Origin: Actinomycetota bacterium
GTDB lineage: Bacteria > Actinomycetota > Thermoleophilia > Gaiellales > Gaiellaceae
DNA length: 40,400 bases
Reading direction: 5' to 3'
Assembly (NCBI GenBank): GCA_019237315.1
Contig: JAFAHG010000192.1
Span: 1-40,400, forward strand
Shown here: piece after piece, positions 8,350 through 15,400 of the stretch
How the letters are laid out: each line of letters opens with the position of its first letter
Position numbering within the stretch: position 1 is the first letter of the stretch
Notes under the pieces: model-generated
What the model was told of the DNA's origin: nothing
The model's input: only the letters and a program-made list of their open reading frames with translations
Databases searched by the model: none
Program-made: the position numbers and the translations under genes

Positions 8350-9417
8350 GTGAGATCGCCAGACCGGTTTTTCTCCGCTGAGCAGGTCGAGCAATCGCGG
8401 CGCTACCACCGTCCGCTCTACGTCGCGCAGGCAATCGACCTCGTGCTCGGCCTGCTCGTGCTCGGCCTTCTGGCCGCGTTCGCCGACTGGCGGATCGGCC
8501 CGTGGTGGCTTGCAGCCCCGCTTCTCGCGGCGATCGCGGTTGCCGTGTCGGCATTCGTGCGCCTGCCCGTTGTTTTCTGGTCAGGCTACGTCAACGAGCA
8601 CCGGTGGGGCTTCTCGACGCAGTCGGTGGCCGCCTGGGCGGGCGATTTTTTCAGGAAACTTTTAGTCGCCTGCGTGTTCGCCGCGATCCCCGTGCTCGGG
8701 GTCGTCGGCCTCGCGCACGCGCTTCCGTCGTGGTGGCCGGTCGTCGCGGCGCCGCTCGCGGCGCTCTTCGTCCTCGTCGTCGGCTTCCTGGCGCCGGTCG
8801 TCCTCGAGCCGCTCTTCAACCGGTTCGAACCGCTCGCCGACGAGGAGCTCGCCGCCGAGCTTCGCGTGCTCGCGGTGCGCGCCGGGGTACCGGTGCGCGA
8901 CGTCCTCGTCGCAGACGCGAGCCGACGGACGACGAAGGTCAACGCGTACGTGTCGGGGCTCGGCTCGACGCGGCGTGTCGTCCTGTTCGACACGCTTCTC
9001 CGTCGCGCCGCGAGGCCGGAGCTCGAGCTCGTCCTCGCGCACGAGCTCGGTCACCGGCGGGCGCGCCACGTCGTGAAGGGAACCGTGCTCGGCATGCTGG
9101 GCGCGGTCGCGGGCACCTTCGTCGTCTGGGCCGTCCTCGACGATCCGCGGGATCCGACCGTCGCGCCGCTCGTCCTGTTCGTCGCGATGGTCCTCGAGCT
9201 CCTGACGCTGCCGTTCTGGACGTCGCTCTCGCGGCGCTTCGAGCGCGAGGCGGACCGGTTCTCGCTCGACCTCACCCACGACCGCGACGCGTTCGTGACC
9301 GTTCACCGCGAGCTCGCGACCGCGAACCTGAGCGACCTCGACCCGCCGCGGATCGTCTACCGGATCCTCTTCACGCACCCGACGGCGCCGGAGCGGATCG
9401 CGTCGGCGTTCGCGTGA
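8350..9417 (+). CDS. M48-family (Ste24/HtpX-type) integral-membrane zinc metalloprotease
   Basis: Multiple N-terminal TM helices. NRFEPLADEELAAELRVLAVRAGVPVRDVLVADASRRTTKVNAYVSGLGSTRRVVLFDTLL is followed by HELGH and the downstream FEREADRF glutamate ligand. Start is GTG. Confidence 0.85.
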   Translation: MRSPDRFFSAEQVEQSRRYHRPLYVAQAIDLVLGLLVLGLLAAFADWRIGPWWLAAPLLAAIAVAVSAFVRLPVVFWSGYVNEHRWGFSTQSVAAWAGDFFRKLLVACVFAAIPVLGVVGLAHALPSWWPVVAAPLAALFVLVVGFLAPVVLEPLFNRFEPLADEELAAELRVLAVRAGVPVRDVLVADASRRTTKVNAYVSGLGSTRRVVLFDTLLRRAARPELELVLAHELGHRRARHVVKGTVLGMLGAVAGTFVVWAVLDDPRDPTVAPLVLFVAMVLELLTLPFWTSLSRRFEREADRFSLDLTHDRDAFVTVHRELATANLSDLDPPRIVYRILFTHPTAPERIASAFA

Positions 9418-11324
9418 CCGAGCTCGACCGGCTCGTCGAGCGGTCGCGCCGCATCGGCGCGGACCCCTCGCTCGTGCTGCACGGCGGCGGGAACACCTCG
9501 ACGAAGCTCGTGGAGACCGACCACCTCGGCCGCGAGCGCCGCGTGATCCGGATCAAGGGCTCCGGGTCGGATCTCGCCACGTGCGAGGCGCGGCACTTCC
9601 CCGGGCTCTGGCTGGACGAGCTCCTGCCGCTGCGGGAGCGGGAGAGCCTCTCGGACGAGGAGATGCTTGCGTATCTCGCACGCTGCCTCGTCGACCCGAC
9701 CTCGCCGCGGCCTTCGGTCGAGACGCTCCTGCACGCGTTCCTGCCGGCGGCGCACGTCGACCACGTCCACGCCGACGCGATCTGTGCGCTCGCGAACGCC
9801 CCGGATCCGGAGGCGGCGGTGCGCGACGCGCTCGGGGACGACGTCGCGGTCGTCCCGTACATCCGCCCGGGGTTCGAGCTGTCGAAGCGGGTCGCTGCGC
9901 TGGCCGAGCGGCGGGCGGTCGTCCTCGCCCACCACGGGCTCGTGACGTGGGGGGAGGAGCACGAGGAGTCGTACGGGCTCCTCTCCGATCTGGTCTCGCG
10001 CGCGCGCGACTACTTAAAGGGCCGAGGGGCCGACGTGGCGGTGCCCTGGCCACCGCCCGCCGGGTCCGGCGCCGACCGGCTCGCGCTCGCGCGGCTCCGC
10101 GGCCGGCTCTCGCGCGGGCGCCGCCAGGTGCTCGCCATCGACCCGGCCCAGCGCGACCTCGCAGCGCGGCCGGACCTCGAGGCGGTTGCCGCGGAGCGTG
10201 GGACGCCGGACCACATGCTGCGGATCGGGATCCGCACCTCGCTCGGCGACGTGGACGACTTCGAGCGCGGGTACGCGGAGTACTTCGAGCGGAATGCGGG
10301 GCGCGAGGCGATGCTCGACCCGGCACCGCGTGTCTTCCTGCTCCCGGGCGTCGGGTGCGTGGCCGCGGGGCCCGACGCCGCAACCGCCCGGCAGCGCCTG
10401 GAGATCGCGGCGCACTCGCACCGGACCGTCGCCGCGACGCGCGACGCCTTCGGCGGCTCGAGCTGGCTGAGCGAGCGCGAGGTCTTCGCGTTCGACTACT
10501 GGCCGCTCGAGCTGTACAAGCTGACGCTGCTGCCGGAGCCGCCGGAGCTCGCCGGTTCGGTCTTCGCCGTCACCGGCGCGACCTCCGGGATCGGGAAGGC
10601 GGTGGCGCGGGAGCTCTCCGCGCGCGGCGCGCATCTCGTGCTCGCGGACCGCGACGGGGAGGGGCTCGGCGACGGGCTGCCGGAGGTGCGGACGCACACC
10701 GTCGTCGGCGACCTGACCGATCCGGCCACCGTCGAGGCCGTCGTCGGCGGCGCCGTCGACCGCTTCGGCGGCCTCGACGGTGCCGTGCTGAACGCGGGCA
10801 TCGCCTCGACCGGCATGCTGGACGAGCTCGACGCGGCCGAGTGGCAACGCAGCCTCGACGTCAACCTCACAGCGCACTTCGAGCTGACGCAGGCGCTCTG
10901 GCCGCTGCTCCGTGAGCAGGGAATCGGCGGCAGCCTCGTCTACGTCGCGTCGAAGAACGCGTTCGCGCCCGGCGGCGGCTTCGGGCCGTACTCCGTCGCG
11001 AAGGCGGGACTGCTTCAGCTGATGCGCATCGCCGCGATCGAGGGCGGGCCGATCGGCGTCCGTGCGAACGCGGTCAACCCCGACGCGATCTTCGGCGACT
11101 CGCGGCTCTTCTCGTCCGAGGTGCGCGCACAGCGCGCGGCGGCGCACGGAGTCGCGCCCGACGAGCTCGAGGCCTTCTACGCGAAGCGGAGCCTGCTCGG
11201 GCGCGAGGTCACGGCGGCCGACGTCGCGGCGTCGGTCGCGTTCCTGCTCTCCGACCGCGCACGTGCGACGACGGGCTGTGTCGTCACCGTCGACGGCGGC
11301 GTCGCGGCGGCGTTCCCTAGGTGA
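9414..11324 (+). CDS. bifunctional class II aldolase / short-chain dehydrogenase (rhamnulose-1-phosphate aldolase/alcohol dehydrogenase-like)
   Basis: GTG 9414 overlaps the M48 stop (GTGA). The N-terminal half (LHGGGNTSTK...HVDHVHADAI...VLAHHGLVTWG) is aldolase-like. The C-terminal half is SDR-like: VTGATSGIGKAVA (TGxxxGxG) and YSVAKAG (YxxxK). Confidence 0.8.
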   Translation: MTELDRLVERSRRIGADPSLVLHGGGNTSTKLVETDHLGRERRVIRIKGSGSDLATCEARHFPGLWLDELLPLRERESLSDEEMLAYLARCLVDPTSPRPSVETLLHAFLPAAHVDHVHADAICALANAPDPEAAVRDALGDDVAVVPYIRPGFELSKRVAALAERRAVVLAHHGLVTWGEEHEESYGLLSDLVSRARDYLKGRGADVAVPWPPPAGSGADRLALARLRGRLSRGRRQVLAIDPAQRDLAARPDLEAVAAERGTPDHMLRIGIRTSLGDVDDFERGYAEYFERNAGREAMLDPAPRVFLLPGVGCVAAGPDAATARQRLEIAAHSHRTVAATRDAFGGSSWLSEREVFAFDYWPLELYKLTLLPEPPELAGSVFAVTGATSGIGKAVARELSARGAHLVLADRDGEGLGDGLPEVRTHTVVGDLTDPATVEAVVGGAVDRFGGLDGAVLNAGIASTGMLDELDAAEWQRSLDVNLTAHFELTQALWPLLREQGIGGSLVYVASKNAFAPGGGFGPYSVAKAGLLQLMRIAAIEGGPIGVRANAVNPDAIFGDSRLFSSEVRAQRAAAHGVAPDELEAFYAKRSLLGREVTAADVAASVAFLLSDRARATTGCVVTVDGGVAAAFPR

Positions 11325-12819
11325 GTCCGGCCTCGCGCAGCGGGCGGCGCGCCCACGCGAAGCTGCGCGAGTACCACCCGTCGAACGGCACGATGGTCAC
11401 GCCCTCGTCGGAGGAGTGGATCATCCAGCCGTCGCCGAGATAGAGGCCCATGTGGTCGACGACGTTCGGCGACGAGCTCGGGCCGCGGCCGAAGAAGAGC
11501 GTGTCGGCGGGCTGCAGCTTCGACGCCGGCACGCGGTCGTAGCGCGGCACTTCGCCGCTCATCACGTACGTCGTCCGTCCGCGGAGCACGCCGGCGAGAT
11601 CGCCCTCGTTCGCGTACCGGGTGAGCTTGTACACGCGCCAGACGAACCCGGAGCAGTCGAAGCCGCCGGGTGCGGTCGAGCCGAACTCCGTCTCCGTGGT
11701 CGGGCTCGTGCCTCCCCAGACGTACGGGTAGCCGACGTACGAGACGGCCGTGCGGAGGATGCGCTGTTGCCACGGCGTGAGCGACGGAAGCGCGAACGAG
11801 TCGGCGAGCTGCTGCACCCACTGCGTGTCCGAGTCCCCGAGGTCGAGGACGCGCGCGAACGAGTACGCAGCCTCCGCACGCGTCGCACTCTGGAACGGAA
11901 GCAGCTCGAGGTCGTCCTCACCTGCCGGATGGTTGACACGCAGGCCGAGCAGCCGCGCGACGATCTCGGTTCCCGTCGCGGAACGCGGATCGAGTCCTGC
12001 GGCGGCGAGCCTCTGCTGGAACTCGTGCGCGGCGCCGCCGAGGTCGAGGTAGTCGACGAGCGCGGTGTCGAGCTCCTCGATCGTGACCGCGCGCTCCGGC
12101 GTGCGCGCGGAGTAGAGATAGCGCGGCGGAGTCGTCCGCGCCGGAGGTGTCGGCGTTGCGACGACGACCGGTGCGGGCGGGGGCGGTGCCGGCGGCTCGT
12201 GCGTGATCGGCACGGGAACGGGTGTCGTGGGCAGCGGCGTCGTCGCGGCCCCAGGGGCGTTCGCGGTCGTGACGTTCCAGACTGCGATGTATTGCGCGCC
12301 GTCGCTGCGCGTTGCCGCCACTGCGAGCTGATGCGTCCCGTCCGCGAGCGTCTCGGTCGCGAGGGAGAAGAAACCGTTCGGTGAGACCGCGAGCTGCGTG
12401 CCGTCGACCGCGAAGGCGACGTGGTCGATCGGCTGGCCGGGAACGGTGATCTGCCAAGCGACCGTGCCGGCGATCGTGGCGTCCGGCGAGATCGTCGAGA
12501 GGACCTGCACGGGCGGCGGCGCGGGCGCCGCGACCGGTTCCGGCGCGGGCGCCGGCGGCGGCGGGGGAGGCGGCGCGAGCAGCTTGTCGGTCGCCGCGAT
12601 CGCAGCGGCGAGCGCCTGCTCGGTCAGCGGCGCCTGCGGCCGGAAGGTCGCGGCGGAATGTCCGAGGACACTGACGTGCGTCACCTTCGCGATCTCACGC
12701 GAGGCCCAGCCCGCGTCGTTCGCGGACGCAGCCGGCGCGGCGAGCGCGGCGATCAGCGCCGATGCCGCAATACTCTTCGGTAGATATGCGCAGAGGACCC
12801 GCACGTGTTCTCGACCCAC
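11317..12819 (-). CDS. secreted NlpC/P60-family peptidoglycan endopeptidase with SLH-like and Pro-rich linker regions
   Basis: Signal peptide is ...SIAASALIAALAAPAASA. Pro-rich linkers include PPPPPPPAPAPEP and PPAPPPPAP. The C-terminal catalytic domain has GGFDCSGFVWRVY (Cys) and HMGLYLGDGWMIHS (His). Start is GTG 12819 or GTG 12804. Confidence 0.8.
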   Translation of the reverse strand: MGREHVRVLCAYLPKSIAASALIAALAAPAASANDAGWASREIAKVTHVSVLGHSAATFRPQAPLTEQALAAAIAATDKLLAPPPPPPPAPAPEPVAAPAPPPVQVLSTISPDATIAGTVAWQITVPGQPIDHVAFAVDGTQLAVSPNGFFSLATETLADGTHQLAVAATRSDGAQYIAVWNVTTANAPGAATTPLPTTPVPVPITHEPPAPPPPAPVVVATPTPPARTTPPRYLYSARTPERAVTIEELDTALVDYLDLGGAAHEFQQRLAAAGLDPRSATGTEIVARLLGLRVNHPAGEDDLELLPFQSATRAEAAYSFARVLDLGDSDTQWVQQLADSFALPSLTPWQQRILRTAVSYVGYPYVWGGTSPTTETEFGSTAPGGFDCSGFVWRVYKLTRYANEGDLAGVLRGRTTYVMSGEVPRYDRVPASKLQPADTLFFGRGPSSSPNVVDHMGLYLGDGWMIHSSDEGVTIVPFDGWYSRSFAWARRPLREAGLT

Positions 12820-12854
12820 CGTACAGATGCATCCGCTTGCACAATCTTGCGCGG

Positions 12855-13433
12855 ATGAAGTTCACCCTTTTGGTGGCGCTACTCATCATCGCGGCGCCCG
12901 CCTCGGCGTCGGTCGGCCACCGCGCGGATCCGAAGGCGCTCGTGCTGCAGCTCTCCGATCTCCCGAACGGGTTCGGCCGTGACAGCGGCCGCTACGTCAC
13001 GAACGCACAGCTCGACGCCGAGCGGACGACCCACAAGGACTTCCGGAAGCTCGGTCGGTTGAGCGGCTACTACACCTCGTACTCCGCGATCGCGGTCGGC
13101 GGTGTCACCGAGGTGAGCTCCTTCGCGAGCATCTACAAGCTCGGCACGGGTGCGCATGCGTCGCTCGTGCAGTCGCTCTCGCAGGCCGAGGGGGAGGGCG
13201 GCCTCGAGCTGATCCCCGCGGCCGGACTCTCCCGGCTCGGCACCGACGCGCGCCTCTTCCGTCAGCGTGCATCGCAGAACGGCACGGCGGTCGACTTCTA
13301 CACCGTCGTGTGGCGCGACGGCACCGTGTTCGCGGAGGTCATGGGTGCCGGACGCGCGGGCACCGTCGATCCGGATCAGGTCGTCGCGCTTGCGAAGAAG
13401 CAGGCGACGCGCATCGCGCGCTTGACGAGCTAG
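12855..13433 (+). CDS. hypothetical secreted protein
   Basis: Internal ATG of ORF 12762..13433. Signal peptide is MKFTLLVALLIIAAPASASV. The rest has ordinary globular composition. No family recognised. Confidence 0.6.
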   Translation: MKFTLLVALLIIAAPASASVGHRADPKALVLQLSDLPNGFGRDSGRYVTNAQLDAERTTHKDFRKLGRLSGYYTSYSAIAVGGVTEVSSFASIYKLGTGAHASLVQSLSQAEGEGGLELIPAAGLSRLGTDARLFRQRASQNGTAVDFYTVVWRDGTVFAEVMGAGRAGTVDPDQVVALAKKQATRIARLTS

Positions 13434-13585
13434 CGCAACGTGAGAGGATCGCACCGATCGCGATCCATCACGCAGTTGCCTTCCTGAGCACCGTTCTACG
13501 TCCGATGCGTCTGCCTCAATAGAGCAGGACCAGAGACACATTCCGTCGAATGTCTGGCGGAACCATCTGACCTGGAGGTATCGAC

Positions 13586-14032
13586 ATGCCTGCAGTACCC
13601 AGAAGGAAGGCGTCAGCGAAGAAGTCGACGGCGAAGAAGTCGACGGCGAAGCGCGCGCCTGCGAAGAGAAGCACTGCGAAGAAGTCGACCGCTCGCAAGA
13701 CCACGGCGCGCAAGACCACTGCGCGCAAGAGCACCGCGCGGAAGAGCACGGCCAAGAAGTCGACCGCGCGCAAGTCGACGGCTCGCAAGTCGACCGCCCG
13801 GAAGAAGACGACCGCCCGCAAGACAACGGCGCGGAAGTCGACGGCCCGCAAGTCGACGGCCCGGAAGTCGACGGCCCGCAAGACGACCGGCCGCAAGAAG
13901 ACGACCGCCCGCAAGACCACGGCGCGGAAGTCGACGGCCCGGAAGTCCACGGCCCGCAAGACGACGGCGCGCAAGACGGCCCGCAAGCCGGCCCGTAGGC
14001 CCGCCGCGAAGAGGCGCAGCACGAAGAAGTAG
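13586..14032 (+). CDS. histone-H1-like / polycationic repeat protein made of about 25 tandem [ST]TA[RK]K pentapeptides
   Basis: ATG is preceded by GGAGG at a suitable distance. The sequence runs MPAVPRRKASAKKSTAKKSTAKR...STARKSTARKSTARKKTTARK...RRSTKK. There is no folded domain. Confidence 0.7.
   Translation: MPAVPRRKASAKKSTAKKSTAKRAPAKRSTAKKSTARKTTARKTTARKSTARKSTAKKSTARKSTARKSTARKKTTARKTTARKSTARKSTARKSTARKTTGRKKTTARKTTARKSTARKSTARKTTARKTARKPARRPAAKRRSTKK
13610..14005 (+). repeat. 15-bp-period tandem repeat (coding)
   Basis: Reiterated units such as gcgaagaagtcgacg, gcccgcaagtcgacg and gcgcgcaagaccacg encode the pentapeptide repeats. The antisense ORF is also periodic (AVDFRAVDFR). Confidence 0.85.
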
Positions 14033-14085
14033 AGCGCAGCCGCCGCGGCGTGCTGATTCAGGCGGCTGCAGTCACAGGAACGGCG

Positions 14086-14107
14086 CCGCGCCCCGCGAGG
14101 GGCGCGG
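14086..14107. terminator. GC-rich hairpin between convergent repeat-protein gene and tRNA-Trp
   Basis: CCGCGCCCC-gcga-GGGGCGCGG: 9-bp perfect stem with a 4-nt loop. Confidence 0.5.
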
Positions 14108-14159
14108 CCCGTCCTCTCCGAATCTCTCGCGCGTTCCCGACCGGGTCGCGGTGCGAGCA

Positions 14160-14232
14160 CAGGGGCGGAGGGACTCGAACCCCCAACCCCCGGTTTTGGA
14201 GACCGGTGCTCTGCCAGTTGAGCTACGCCCCT
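14160..14232 (-). tRNA. tRNA-Trp (anticodon CCA)
   Basis: The reverse complement folds as a cloverleaf. Acceptor is AGGGGCG/CGCCCCT. D arm is GCTC-AACTGGCA-GAGC. Anticodon arm is CCGGT-CTCCAAA-ACCGG. T loop is TTCGAGT. Discriminator is G. No CCA is encoded. Confidence 0.9.
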
Positions 14233-14284
14233 CGGGTTCGGCGCCGGATTGTACCGGCCGTCGTTTCGGCATCATCGTCCGGCC

Positions 14285-14452
14285 ATGCTCGCGGCGCTCT
14301 TCACAGTGTTGACCCTCGGCCTCGTCGGCATCGCGGTCGCAGGGGCCCTCGCCGGGGGTGTCCGCGGGTGGGTGGTCGCCGTGGCGGCGGCGGCGATCGC
14401 GGGGTGGATGGCGACGGTGGCGGTCGCGGCCGTGAGGAGAAGGCGCCGCTAG
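14285..14452 (+). CDS. possible small two-TM membrane protein
   Basis: MLAALFTVLTLGLVGIAVAGALAGGVRGWVVAVAAAAIAGWMATVAVAAVRRRRR has high GC3. It ends 16 nt before the sigma-factor start. An alternative TTG start is at 14249. No homology recognised. Confidence 0.35.
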   Translation: MLAALFTVLTLGLVGIAVAGALAGGVRGWVVAVAAAAIAGWMATVAVAAVRRRRR

Positions 14453-14456
14453 CTCG

Positions 14457-14462
14457 TATTCT
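14457..14462 (+). promoter_or_regulatory. -10-like hexamer TATTCT, 6 nt upstream of GTG 14469 (leaderless-type arrangement)
   Basis: TANNNT hexamer in an AT-enriched patch. N6 spacing to the start codon, with no Shine-Dalgarno. Confidence 0.4.
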
Positions 14463-14468
14463 CTTTCC

Positions 14469-15242
14469 GTGGCCGGGGAGGCGGAGCTCCAGCGTCTGTG
14501 GCGCGAGTACAGGCGCACGAAGGACCAGGCAGTCCGTGACCGGCTGATCGTCACGTACGCGCCGCTCGTCAAGTACGTCGCGGGCCGGCTCGGCTCGGGT
14601 CTGCCCGCGCACGTCGACGAGGGCGACCTCGTCTCCTACGGCCTCCTCGGCCTGATCGGCGCGATCGAGCGGTACGAGCCCGACCGCGACATCAAGTTCG
14701 AGACCTACGCGATGGCGCGGATCAAGGGGGCGATCATCGACGAGCTGCGCGCGCTCGACTGGGTGCCGCGGTCGGTGCGGTCGCGCGCGCGTGAGATCGA
14801 GCGTGCGATCGCCGAGCTCGAGGCGAAGGTCGGACGTGCGCCGACCGACGAGGAGATCGCGGCCAAGGTCGGCATCTCCGTCGAGGAGCTCGAGGACTCG
14901 CTGACCGACATCTCCCGGTCGTCGATCGCGGCCCTCGACGAGCTCTGGTCCGCGAGCGGCGAAGGCGACCAGATCTCGCTGCTCGACACGATCGAGGACA
15001 CGAGCGGCCCGCGCCCGGCGGACGCCCTCGACGAGACCGAGACGAAGGAGCTCGTCGCCGACGCGATCTCGCGACTGCCGGAACGGGAGAAGCTCGTGGT
15101 CACCCTCTACTACTACGAGGAGCTGACGCTGCGCGAGATCGGCGAGGTGCTCGGCGTGACCGAGTCGCGCGTCTCGCAACTGCATACGAAGGCGGTGCTC
15201 CGCCTGAAGTCGCGCCTGTCCGGCGCCGCCGCGCGCTCTTAA
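14469..15242 (+). CDS. FliA/WhiG-family (sigma-28 group) RNA polymerase sigma factor
   Basis: Region 2: LVKYVAGRL...EGDLVSYGLLGLIGAIERYEPDRDIKFETYAMARIKGAIIDELR. Region 3: EIAAKVGISVEELE. Region 4.2: LTLREIGEVLGVTESRVSQLHTKAVLRLK. Confidence 0.85.
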   Translation: MAGEAELQRLWREYRRTKDQAVRDRLIVTYAPLVKYVAGRLGSGLPAHVDEGDLVSYGLLGLIGAIERYEPDRDIKFETYAMARIKGAIIDELRALDWVPRSVRSRAREIERAIAELEAKVGRAPTDEEIAAKVGISVEELEDSLTDISRSSIAALDELWSASGEGDQISLLDTIEDTSGPRPADALDETETKELVADAISRLPEREKLVVTLYYYEELTLREIGEVLGVTESRVSQLHTKAVLRLKSRLSGAAARS

Positions 15243-15243
15243 A

Positions 15244-15260
15244 CCGGGGTCAGACCCCGG
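15244..15260. repeat. palindromic intergenic repeat CCGGGGTCAGACCCCGG (family member)
   Basis: 8-nt arms around a central A, starting 2 nt after the sigma-factor stop. The same core recurs at 15309, 19778, 28914 and 29002. Confidence 0.7.
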
Positions 15261-15308
15261 CTCTTCACCCACGCTCTGTCGCGCTCGGCGGGGCTTCGCA
15301 GGGCCGGG

Positions 15309-15326
15309 CGGGGTCAGACCCTTAAT
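15309..15326. repeat. intergenic repeat CGGGGTCAGACCCTTAAT (family member, inverted relative to 28997-29014)
   Basis: Its reverse complement ATTAAGGGTCTGACCCCG is identical over 18 nt to 28997-29014. Confidence 0.7.
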
Positions 15327-15400
15327 GGTTGTCACGAAACTGCAACGGGCCGGTTTAGGATGGCCGGGGTCACATCGTCTCGTCCGAGGAGGTCCGCCGC

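Noticed and set aside
13516-14160. 214-aa minus-strand ORF with AVDFRAVDFR periodicity, and the possibility that the 13.6-14.0 kb repeats are a CRISPR array.
   Set aside because: The periodicity is just the antisense reading of the 15-bp coding repeat. The plus frame has an ATG with a GGAGG site, and the minus ORF would run into the tRNA-Trp gene. The repeats are contiguous 15-mers with no spacers, so this is not CRISPR.
14469-15242. FliA/WhiG-type sigma plus the Che-like cluster taken as proof of flagellar motility.
   Set aside because: No flagellar structural, motor or export gene occurs in the 40 kb. WhiG-type sigmas also control non-flagellar programmes in Actinobacteria, and the Che module ends in a transcription factor.
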